Below are positions 17,485 through 26,411 of a DNA stretch of 64,000 nt, one piece after another (the first letter of the stretch is position 1; the number at the start of each line of letters is the position of its first letter). Below the pieces are notes generated by a model that saw only the letters and a program-made list of their open reading frames with translations, was not told the origin of the DNA and did not search any database. Where the stretch lies: assembly GCA_963730865.1 (NCBI GenBank), contig CAVSTO010000016.1, forward strand, positions 14,718 through 78,717. Direction: 5' to 3'. The DNA comes from an uncultured Acidobacteriaceae bacterium (GTDB lineage: Bacteria > Acidobacteriota > Terriglobia > Bryobacterales > Bryobacteraceae). The position numbers were made by a program, and so were the translations under genes.

Positions 17485-17828
17485 AAGACCAAGAATCGGC
17501 AGAACTGTTGCAGGGCACGCTTGACTTGCTGGTTCTCAAATCGGTGTCTCTCGGGAAAATGCATGGCTATGGCATCCTGCTCCGAATTGGACAGATCTCG
17601 GGAGGAGCGCTGGCGATCGAGCAGGGAGCGCTTTACCCGGCTCTTTACCGGCTCGAACGACAAGGCCTGCTCGAAACGGAATGGGGCACGTCCGATAACA
17701 ATCGCAGAGCCAGATTTTACTTTCTGACGAGCCGGGGCCGCGTGCGGCTCAAGGACGAAGAGCGGAGTTGGACCCGTTTAGTGGATGCCATCGGTACGGC
17801 TCTAAAAGCACGCCCGAGCGAGGTGTGA
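17475..17828 (+). CDS. PadR-family transcriptional regulator (acidobacterial type, paired with ADOP permease)
   Basis: 117 aa: LLQGTLDLLVLKSVSLGKMHGYGILLRIGQISGGALAIEQGALYPALYRLERQGLLETEWGTSDNNRRARFYFLTSRGR is the canonical PadR wHTH. The stop lies 2 nt before the ADOP ATG. Confidence 0.9.
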   Translation: MSRKDQESAELLQGTLDLLVLKSVSLGKMHGYGILLRIGQISGGALAIEQGALYPALYRLERQGLLETEWGTSDNNRRARFYFLTSRGRVRLKDEERSWTRLVDAIGTALKARPSEV

Positions 17829-17830
17829 GC

Positions 17831-20498
17831 ATGTTGCGATTTCTACATTGGCGGTCTGTGTTCCGCCGGAAGAGCTTTGAAAGCGGGCTGGCCGACGAGT
17901 TTGCGTTTCACTTGCAAAGCTCGGACGGACGACCTCGTTCGTTCCGGAGTTTCACGGGAGGAGGCAGAACGCCGCGCACGGCTGGAGTTTGGTGGAAGCG
18001 TACGATACAGCGCGGAATGCCGCGAGTCGCATCGTGTGCATTGGCTGGATGAGGCAGAACGCAGCATCCGCTATACCTTGCGCAACTTATATAAGACCCC
18101 GGTCTCTTCGTTCATTGCGATTCTTTCGCTGGCGCTCGGTTTGGCGGCTGTGGCAGTGATGTTTGCGGTGGTAAACACGGTTTTGCTGCGCCCGCTGCCA
18201 TTTCCGGAGCCGGACCGCATCGCTGTTATTTCGCAAAAGATCCCGTTTCTCAGTTCGTCTCCGACGGTGGTCACGGCCGATGAGTTTCAGGCATGGCAAA
18301 AGTCCGGCCTGTTCGAGTCCGCGGCGCTGGTGGATCCAACGGAATACACACTGGACGAGCAGGCACATCCTGAGCGGGTCTACGGAGCACGCGTCACTCC
18401 CGATTTTTTCCCCGTTTTCAAACTGGAGGCGATGCTTGGCCGCGGCTTCTCGAAGGAAGACGGGGCCAAGCAGCCGGGGAACGTGATGGTGCTGAGCCAT
18501 CAGCTTTGGGCGCGCCGTTTCGGAAGCGACCGCAACATCGTGGGCAAGACGGTTCGTTTGAGCGGGACGCCGATGACTGTCATAGGCGTGATGCCTACCG
18601 GGTTCGATTTTCCGCGACGGGCGGACGTTGCCGCCATCATGAATTGGGCGTCGGAACAGACAGAGTTTTGGACACCGCTCGTCATTACGCCCCAAATGAT
18701 CGAACAAGGAAATTTCAATTACTACGCACTAGGGCGGTTGCGAGCAGGAGTGACATGCAAGCGGGCGGCGGCGCAGTTACTGGCTCCGGCTGTGCATTTG
18801 TTCAAAGAGAAGGAAGTGAAATATCCGCAATATAGAGGTGTCATCCAGCAGATGCTGGGCGTTCTGACGATTTATGTCACTCCGCTGCGCGACACCATGT
18901 CCTGGGGCTTTCGCGACGTACTCTGGATGCTGCTGGCGGCCGTGGCCGGGCTGCTGGTACTCGTTCTATTCAACTTGGGCAACTTGCTATTGACCCGGAA
19001 TGCACAGAGATCCCGCGAATACATAGTCCGGCAGGCGCTCGGCGCAAGCCGTTGGCAACTGCTGCGGCAGAGTGTGTTCGAGCAAATTGTGTTGGTGGGT
19101 CTTGCTTCAACGTTTGCGCTTGCGCTCACATGGTGGGGTATCTTCGTCGTGCGAACCGCTGCCGCAAGCAGGGTACCTCGGCTTTATGAGCTGCAGCTCA
19201 GTTTCGCCGACTTCGCGCTACTGCTGTCCGCGGCGGCGGCGACGGGTCTCATCTTCGGATCACTCTCGCAGGTGTTGATGTCGAGAGCCGCGCTTGCTTC
19301 CGGACTAACTTCTCAGAGCCGTACCACAACAGGCGACCGGAGCAGCAACCATCTGCGTTTTGTGCTGGTCGCGACGGAGGTTATGGTTTCGGCTGTTCTA
19401 CTGGTCGTAGCCGGCCTGTTGCTGGAAAGCTTTGCAAATGTCAGGAAAGAGCAACCGGGATTCAATCCGAAGAATGTGCTGACGGTTGAGGTGCCATTCG
19501 TTATGGATAAGGCGGAGAAACGGCTGCAGCATATTCGCGAACTGATACAGCGATTAAGCGAACTGCCAGGCGTGGAGTCAGCTTCAATTGTGAACCGTCT
19601 TCCTCTGGCGGGCGACAATGAAATTCACAGTGTCCGAGCTTTGGGCAGGCCTCTGCCACGAATAGCAGAGGACATCTCAGCCGAGTACCGAGTGATTGAC
19701 GCAGGGTATTTCCGCACAATGCAAATCCCTCTGGTTGGGGGGCGAGAATTTAGGCTTGACGATTCGTCCTCCGCCGCCGTGATCAGCAGAAAGATGGCGA
19801 CACATTTGTGGCCGGGGGAAAATCCGATCGGCAAACAATTCGCAGACGGGGATAACCCTTCATTACGAGTAATTGGGGTGGTCGGGGATGTGCACTATGG
19901 GTCACTGGAGAAGCCGCAGATGATGCAGTTCTACCGGTTGATTAGCGCAGATCCCTATTACGCGGACATTTTCGTTCTGCGCTCGAAGCAGGATCCGGAA
20001 AGCCTAGTCCCGCTGGTGCAGAGGACAGTTTGGCAGTTGAATGCCACAGAACCGGTGACCCATGTGCAAACCATGGAGGGCATCGTCCAATCAGTAACGC
20101 TTCAGCGCCGGTTCGTGACATGGGTGTTGAGCGGCTTCGCCGGCGTGGCTCTGTTCCTTTCGGCATTGGGTTTATTCAGCGTGGCGTCTCTCTCGGTCGT
20201 TCGCAGAACGCGCGAGTTTGGAATCCGGCTGGCAGTCGGTGCAAGCGCGGATCACATCATGTTATTGGAAATGTCGAGAACGTCGATTCTGGTGTTCGTA
20301 GGGCTGACACTCGGATTGGCTGTCTCGATCGTCGTGACGCAAGCCTTGACTGGATTACTGTACGGAGTCCAGCCGTGGAACGCGACTATCTTTACCACTG
20401 CAGCCGCTGTACTTGCCGGATCAGCGCTGTTCGCCAGCTGGTTGCCGGCGAGACGGGCAGCCCGGATCGACCCGGCAACTGCTTTGCGAAGCTCATGA
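17831..20498 (+). pseudogene. ADOP-type duplicated ABC permease with one 5'-proximal frame break
   Basis: ATG 17831 encodes MLRFLHWRSVFRRKSFESGLADEFAFHLQ, the typical ADOP leader. The sequence continues one frame over from ~17919 (ARTDDLVRSGVSREEAERRARLEFGG...), which is the 873-aa ORF 17877..20498 with two FtsX modules (..REYIVRQALGASRWQLL.. and ..RTREFGIRLAVGASADHIM..IDPATALRSS). Confidence 0.85.
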
Positions 20499-20560
20499 GC
20501 CGGTAAGAGCGCTTAATTCTATCGCGGCTCGGCTCGTCGTTGGCGACAGTTCGTGGTCGC

Positions 20561-21478
20561 TTAGCGGATGCCTAGTATCCAGCCTTCCTCAGATGTGATT
20601 CCTTCGAGTTCGTCGGGCGAGAGCCGGGTTGGCGGTTCAAACAGGGCTCCGATCGTGCCAGCTTCGTCTTCTTGAGCGAAGTACTCAGCCAAGCCGCGCA
20701 CTTGCGCTCGGTCTTTACATTCTCCCGAATTCTGAGCCCAGTTTCTGATAGACGGATAAATCTCCGCGTGGAGGATTGTCCAGTCCCGCTGGGCGCGAGG
20801 CGCAAGGGCGAAGCCGGTTTCGAAAGGCCAGACTCGCGAGATATTCGCCAGTTCCTGATGGAAGCGGAGACTGTTGAGATAGGGGATTCCGAGCAGGGCT
20901 TGGCTACCGACCGAGCCGGGGTAGCAGAGTTTCCAGACGGGTTGGGGGCCGCGGTTGCGTTTATCTGTAAAACGGAATTCAGCGAGTCCGAGCGACGAGT
21001 GGCGGAGCCCGCGTTTGGATGTGAGATGCAATTGCTGCTGCCCGGAGGGACATCCCCAGAAGGGGAATGGCTGATTGCTGACGGCGGCGTTTAGTTCGGC
21101 GGCGACTTGGAAACGGTTGCTGCGGTTCTTATCGCTGTCAACGATTCGCGAAGAGAGAAGGCTCCATACGGCTTGCCACGGTGGACCGGAGTTGATGTTT
21201 AGAGCGGCTGCAAACCCTGTGGGATACCCGTAAGGAAAGTCGAAGCCGATAAGAGTTGATCGCTGGCGTCGAGCGAGTTGGATCAAGATGTCAGTAACTT
21301 CGCGGACAGCGGAAATTCGTGTGGTTGGATTTTCAAGTGCAGTGATCGATGTGGTTCCGTCGTCAGTACGTTCGAGAACGCAGTACCAGATACTGTCGGC
21401 GTCCTTCTTCGGCGTGTTGTTGGCGCTCCAGTCGACCATAATGTACGCGTCGAATTGAACCCGGTCGATTGGCTCCAT
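20561..21478 (-). CDS. Conserved hypothetical protein
   Basis: 305-aa uninterrupted ORF, MEPIDRVQFDAYIMVDWSANNTPKKDADSIWYCV...FDFPYGYPTGF...EEGWILGIR. It has no TM or signal peptide and I could not name a family with confidence. Confidence 0.55.
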   Translation of the reverse strand: MEPIDRVQFDAYIMVDWSANNTPKKDADSIWYCVLERTDDGTTSITALENPTTRISAVREVTDILIQLARRQRSTLIGFDFPYGYPTGFAAALNINSGPPWQAVWSLLSSRIVDSDKNRSNRFQVAAELNAAVSNQPFPFWGCPSGQQQLHLTSKRGLRHSSLGLAEFRFTDKRNRGPQPVWKLCYPGSVGSQALLGIPYLNSLRFHQELANISRVWPFETGFALAPRAQRDWTILHAEIYPSIRNWAQNSGECKDRAQVRGLAEYFAQEDEAGTIGALFEPPTRLSPDELEGITSEEGWILGIR

Positions 21479-21510
21479 TTGAACAGCTTACTTCGAAGCT
21501 TGCGGCCCGG

Positions 21511-22383
21511 CTAGCGATTGGGCGGTTCTCCGGGCCAGCCCTCGGGCGGCGGTCCGGGCGGTCTGCCGTACCGGCCTCCTGGTCCGCCCGGACCCACTTC
21601 TCTCGAGGTGACATTCGGATGGATGGCGAGAACTGCTGTCGCAACGAATCCCGCTTCCATCTCACGTTTGTCGATTTGCGTTAGTGCCACGATTGACTCA
21701 CTGCCGTGCTGGCTTGTGAAAACGTTGTCTTCGTCCTGTCGTGTTCGTTCGGTGTGGTGCGCTTTGTACGGTTCGCAGTTGGCAACTGCGTCACTGACGT
21801 CTTCCGGAAAGAATAACTGGCCAGTATAAGAGATGTGCCCGCCTTCGTACTTGGCGTCACTTACGTGCCCGCCGACGTGTGCACGCATGTGAATGTGAAT
21901 ATCTCGACCCATGTACCAGCCTGGATAGATGGTTGAGAATTCGACCACGCCTGAACGATCTGTCAATTGGACTCCTCGCAGGAAAGTCGTGCCGTCGTGC
22001 TTGCGGTTACGCATGCCCGGTGGAGGTCCCGGCGGCGGGCCTCCGAGGCCGTGGGGCGGCCCATCGGGACTGTTGGCCGTAAATCCGGAATACACTCCCA
22101 TCGCATCGCAATGCCAGATATCTAGTGCTGCATTCTCGAGCGGCACGCAGCGCGTCGCATCCACGACAGTCAGGCGAAGCTTCAGCGGCACTCCGGGTCT
22201 GCCTTCAGTGACATTTTGCCGCATTCGCTCCAGATCCAAGTAGTAAGGACCTACTTCCTGCTCAGCCGTGAGCGAACACGACGGCGCATTTGCTTCAGCA
22301 ATGGCCGCCGAACTGCGACTTACGCAGGTGATGGCAGCAGCACCGGCCATTCCGCGGAAGAGAAACAATCGTCTGGTATGCAC
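21511..22383 (-). CDS. Intradiol ring-cleavage dioxygenase-like protein with a twin-arginine signal
   Basis: MHTRRLFLFRGMAGAAAI (RRxFL Tat motif), then EQEVGPYYLD...GRPGVPLKLRLTVVDATRCVPLENAALDIWHCDAMGVYSGF...IYPGWYMGRDIHIHMRAH (intradiol dioxygenase core). Confidence 0.8.
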   Translation of the reverse strand: MHTRRLFLFRGMAGAAAITCVSRSSAAIAEANAPSCSLTAEQEVGPYYLDLERMRQNVTEGRPGVPLKLRLTVVDATRCVPLENAALDIWHCDAMGVYSGFTANSPDGPPHGLGGPPPGPPPGMRNRKHDGTTFLRGVQLTDRSGVVEFSTIYPGWYMGRDIHIHMRAHVGGHVSDAKYEGGHISYTGQLFFPEDVSDAVANCEPYKAHHTERTRQDEDNVFTSQHGSESIVALTQIDKREMEAGFVATAVLAIHPNVTSREVGPGGPGGRYGRPPGPPPEGWPGEPPNR

Positions 22384-22664
22384 AGTTCTATCTCAACGCG
22401 ATTTTGTAAAGAAAAGATTCAGAGGACCCGGCAAATTGTAAAAGACGCGTAAAGTCGTGAACGAACGGCAACCGTGAAACGTCTTTTCCGGTAAGCAAGC
22501 AGATGGCTGGCGCGACGCCTACCCCCCAAACTCCTCGTCGCGCCAGCTTAGTTGGAATATGTATGAGAGACAACAAGAGTAAATCGAATTCCCGGCAGCG
22601 TTGGTACACGGCTGTGCGACATTTCTTCGCCAGCCTTTTTCAGCAGTTTCGCAGGGAAGCTGAG

Positions 22665-24125
22665 TTACTGCGCGATTGAAAGCGAATCCGCGGCGGTGAG
22701 CCGCATTTCAACTTCAAATCCGCGTGGGGAAAGATTACGGCAGGTTACAGTTCCGCCGCACGCCTCAATACAGTTCTTCACAATCGCTAATCCCAATCCC
22801 GTGCCGCCGGTAGCTCGCGTTCTGGCCAGTTCCGGACGGTAGAACGGTTTAAAGATTTCGTCAATTTCCGATTCCGGGACGCCTGGACCGTTATCGGCCA
22901 CGGTGACTGAAACTACGCCATCGCCATTCCTCGCACAAATCGTAATTGGTCCCGCATCGCCCGAATAACGAATCGCGTTCCTGATGACGTTTGCGAAAGA
23001 TCGGAAGATGTACTCGGGCTGACCGATCACATTTATCCCTTCACCGACATCGAGCGTGATATGGACAGCATCCGATGCTTCGCGTTGCACGACGCGCCGC
23101 AGAATTTCCCGCACATTAACCGGAGCCAAATCGATTGCAGTCTTCACTTGCGCCTTGGAGAATGAAAGAAGTTCGTTCACCAAAGCCGACATGTGCTCCA
23201 CTTCCGCCTTGAGATCGGCCACATAGTCGATTTCGTTTTCTCCCGCACGCTGCTCCAGAATCCCGAGTGCGACCTGAATGCGAGCGATGGGCGAACAAAG
23301 CTCATGCGCAATATCGCCGAGAAAACGCTTCTGGCCGTGAACAAAGCCCGAAAGCCGATGGGCCATGCGGTTGATGGATTCGCTGAGTTGGCCCAACTCG
23401 TCGCGGCGGCGTTTCGGAAGCTGAACTTCAAACCGGCCTTCGGCAATCTGGCCTGTCGCTCGCGTCAACTGACCAATAGAGTGCGTCAGTCCGCGAATGA
23501 GCGGCAGCCAACAAAGGACGGACACAAACGTGACGGCGAGTGCCACAGCGGCCCACGGCCTCGGATCGAAAAATGGATTCAGCCATAGAGAACGGACCCG
23601 CACGACAAGATTGCCGTGCATCGGCTCCGCCGCTCCTGTCGTAAATACTGGGATGTGAGCGATAACCCAATGCTGCACGGGAGCGCTGCTCTTGATCATG
23701 ACCAAAGATGGCGGCCCCGGACCACGATGTGACCCCGTATCTGGCGGCCCGGGCGGGGGTTCGTGAAACGTTCTGGAATGCGCAAACGGATCTCTGTGAA
23801 TTGCGCTCAGGACATCGGCCGGCAGTTGCACTGATGTTCCGGCCAGTTCCCGTCCTTCGGAATCGAAGAGATAGAATTCGGCTTTGTAGGTCGACGAGTA
23901 TCGCTCCAGCAACTGGTCCCATGATTCGCGAGGAACAGTGGGGAATTCCAAGGCGATCTGCTGCGATACCGAAAGCATTCTGTCCCGAACGGGCGCCAGG
24001 AGAAACGATCCGACCTCGAAGCGAAACTGAACGCGTGCGAAGACGAAGAATACCAGCCCAAGGAGCGCCACATTCAGAAACGCTACGAGCAAAATTTTGG
24101 TGGAAAGCGAGGCGCGGAATTTCAT
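22665..24125 (-). CDS. Sensor histidine kinase (two TM, HAMP, HisKA, HATPase_c)
   Basis: 486 aa. H-box FLGDIAHELCSPIARI, N-box IRNAIRYS, G-boxes DNGPGVPESE and GGTGLGLAIV. Its ATG overlaps the upstream regulator stop (ATGA at 24122-24125). Confidence 0.9.
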   Translation of the reverse strand: MKFRASLSTKILLVAFLNVALLGLVFFVFARVQFRFEVGSFLLAPVRDRMLSVSQQIALEFPTVPRESWDQLLERYSSTYKAEFYLFDSEGRELAGTSVQLPADVLSAIHRDPFAHSRTFHEPPPGPPDTGSHRGPGPPSLVMIKSSAPVQHWVIAHIPVFTTGAAEPMHGNLVVRVRSLWLNPFFDPRPWAAVALAVTFVSVLCWLPLIRGLTHSIGQLTRATGQIAEGRFEVQLPKRRRDELGQLSESINRMAHRLSGFVHGQKRFLGDIAHELCSPIARIQVALGILEQRAGENEIDYVADLKAEVEHMSALVNELLSFSKAQVKTAIDLAPVNVREILRRVVQREASDAVHITLDVGEGINVIGQPEYIFRSFANVIRNAIRYSGDAGPITICARNGDGVVSVTVADNGPGVPESEIDEIFKPFYRPELARTRATGGTGLGLAIVKNCIEACGGTVTCRNLSPRGFEVEMRLTAADSLSIAQ

Positions 24126-24854
24126 GCGCTCGGCTCCGCCTCCGGTTTGCGCATCATGTATCCAACACTGCGAACGGTGACGATGAAGCGCGGCGATTTC
24201 GGATCGTCGCCCAGCTTCTTACGGATGGAGGAGATATGGACATCGATCGAGCGATCGAAGACCTCAAAATCGCGATCCGCCACTTCGAGCAGCAACTGCT
24301 CACGCGTCTTCACTCGCCCGGCTGCTTTTGCCAGGGAAGCGACAAGCTCAAATTCCACGGCTGTGAGTTCGAGAGTCTCTCCACTGAGAAGCACGGTGCG
24401 GGAGTCAAGATCAACCTTTAGATCACCAACTGACGACGGGCTCTCTGCGCTGCTCTGATTTTTGCTCTGAGACGATAAAAGATCTTCGGATCACCGCTCG
24501 CAAGCGCGCTAGCAGTTCGCGAGTGGAAAAAGTTTTGGGGAGATAGTCATCGGCTCCGAGTTCCAGGCCGACAATTCGATCCGGCTCTTCGCCGCGTCCG
24601 GTGAGCATCAATACCGGAACATTCGAAGCGGCACGGATGCGCCTTAGAACGTCGAAGCCATCCATCCCCGGTAACATCACGTCGAGAATCAGTGCGGCAA
24701 ATTCGCCGCGAAGAGCTAATTCCAGACCCTCGGGCCCGGTGTAGGCCACAGAGACTTCATAGCCGAGCGGCCGCAGGTAATCCCGGAGAAGCCGGCACAG
24801 CTTGGCGTCGTCGTCCACAATGAGCACCCGGGTGGGCGCGTCGGAAGAAACCAT
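24122..24854 (-). pseudogene. OmpR-family response regulator with a frame break in the interdomain linker
   Basis: The receiver is in ORF 24423..24854 (RVLIVDDDAKLCRLL...ILDVMLPGMDGFDVL...ADDYLPKTFSTRELLARLRAVIRR). The winged-helix output is in ORF 24122..24394, extendable upstream to ..SVGDLKVDLDSRTVLLSGETLELTAVEFELV...RSVGY. The frames differ by one base between ~24440 and 24490. Confidence 0.85.
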
Positions 24855-24897
24855 GGCCTGCTCCCACCATAACTGTTTCGCGGGATCGGTCAGGTGG

Positions 24898-24916
24898 AGT
24901 TTTACTGAAGTTTTAC
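24898..24916. promoter_or_regulatory. Direct repeat AGTTTTAC x2 with 11-bp periodicity (candidate OmpR-type binding site)
   Basis: AGTTTTAC at 24898-24905 and at 24909-24916. A related CTTTAC lies at 24943-24948. All sit in the divergent intergenic region between the response regulator (start 24854) and the VWFA gene (25120). Confidence 0.3.
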
Positions 24917-25119
24917 AATTCGGGCGTGCGTGCTCGCGCGTACTTTACAAAGGCGTGTTGAACTGGAGCTACCCCTTAACAGCCGTCTGTCCTGCAGCAA
25001 CCCACCAGATCCCCCAAAGGTGCAGTGACAGGCGGCTGATTTTCCCTGCACCGGTGCTCGAGTCGAAACGTAAGGCCGCCGGCACACGTATCAAATAGAG
25101 GCAGAAATTTCAGTTCTGT

Positions 25120-26391
25120 ATGCGCTGTTTCCTTGTCCCCACCCTGATCGCGTTCGCAGCGATCTTGTCCGCCGCAGATGATCCTGTCGTTTTTAAGAGC
25201 GACGTTGCAGTTACACGTGTGGACGCGCAGGTTGTCGATCACGATGGGCGCACCGTAACCGGCTTAAACCGCGAGGATTTCGTTTTACGCGTGGACGGAC
25301 ATGTGGTGCCGATCCGTAATTTCGCGAGCGAGAACGTGCCCATTGACATCCTGCTGCTGCTGGACGTCAGCGGGAGCATGCAGCCACATGTGGAACGGAT
25401 TGCTTCAGCCGCGGAACAGGCGCTGAATGTACTGGCGCCGAAAGATCGGGTGGCAATCATGATCTTCGACACATCTACCCGCGTCAAGCTGCCGTTCACC
25501 AGCAGCCATAGGGAAGTCACGAGTGAATTGAACCACCTGTTGCGGTGGGAAGGCTTCAACGGCGGAACGCGCATCACACGCGCCATGCTGGATGCTGCGA
25601 GTTACGTGGAGCGAGAGGCTCGGCCGGATGCTCGCCGGGCGATCGTCATTCTGACCGACGACGAGACGCAGGATGGGGAACAAGAAGGGCGCGTGGAGAG
25701 CGCTCTCCGGCGCGCAAATGCCGTGCTGAGTTTTCTGCAAGCCCCGTATGAACCACCGGGTCTGGCCGGGGGCGGCGGACGGCCGCACGGAACCTGGGGG
25801 ACAAATGGGGGCGGTTGGCCCAGTGGAGGTGGCATCGGTTTCCCGGCCGGAGGCGGCGGACTTCCCGGCATTTACGGATCGGATCCGTCGCACTCAGCGG
25901 GAACCGCCGATATTGCGCGCGACTCGGGCGGCGACACCATGCAAGTGGACGAAGCCTCGGCGTTAGAGGACACGCTCACCAGGCTGCGCCAGCGATACGC
26001 GCTCTATTTCTATCTCCCGGAAGGCTCTCAATCGGCGGATCGGCGAAATGTGCAGGTTGATCTTTCGGAGATGGCCAGAATACGATTTCAGGAAGCCGAC
26101 GTCCGTTATCGGCGCGTGTACATGGCGGGTGGCGCAGCGGCGCAAAGTGCAGGGCCGGTGGTCAGCCGTGTGCAGAAGCCAGTTGATACAACGGTCGATC
26201 CGACTCCCATTCAGGACGAGTCCGGGCCTAAATCGCGCAGAGTTGCAGTGAACGAAGACTCGGGGCCGCAAGTAAACACAATTGATATTGACGCCGATAC
26301 TCCAGATCAGCCGTCGTCAAGCCCGGCGCCTTCAACAGATCCTCAGAACAGAAATTTGCCTCATCTCAATAAACCGAATCCGCCTCAATAG
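25120..26391 (+). CDS. VWA-domain protein (VWFA-related acidobacterial domain type) with Gly-rich insert and disordered tail
   Basis: Signal peptide MRCFLVPTLIAFAAILSA, then VFKSDVAVTRVDAQVVDHDGRTVTGLNREDFVLRVDGHVVPI and the MIDAS motif LLLLDVSGSM. A GGGGRPHGTWGTNGGGWPSGGGIGFPAGGGG insert and a Pro/Ser/Asp-rich C-terminus follow. Confidence 0.8.
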   Translation: MRCFLVPTLIAFAAILSAADDPVVFKSDVAVTRVDAQVVDHDGRTVTGLNREDFVLRVDGHVVPIRNFASENVPIDILLLLDVSGSMQPHVERIASAAEQALNVLAPKDRVAIMIFDTSTRVKLPFTSSHREVTSELNHLLRWEGFNGGTRITRAMLDAASYVEREARPDARRAIVILTDDETQDGEQEGRVESALRRANAVLSFLQAPYEPPGLAGGGGRPHGTWGTNGGGWPSGGGIGFPAGGGGLPGIYGSDPSHSAGTADIARDSGGDTMQVDEASALEDTLTRLRQRYALYFYLPEGSQSADRRNVQVDLSEMARIRFQEADVRYRRVYMAGGAAAQSAGPVVSRVQKPVDTTVDPTPIQDESGPKSRRVAVNEDSGPQVNTIDIDADTPDQPSSSPAPSTDPQNRNLPHLNKPNPPQ

Positions 26392-26411
26392 CGAAACATC
26401 AGTGGAATGGT

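Noticed and set aside
17069-17539. The 156-aa minus-strand ORF taken at face value as a protein-coding gene overlapping the padR promoter and start.
   Set aside because: Only its C-terminal part resembles anything (the OCD family). That similarity continues past the ORF's stop in another frame. The N-terminal part is Arg/Ser/Pro-rich antisense of padR. It is better explained as a pseudogene remnant.
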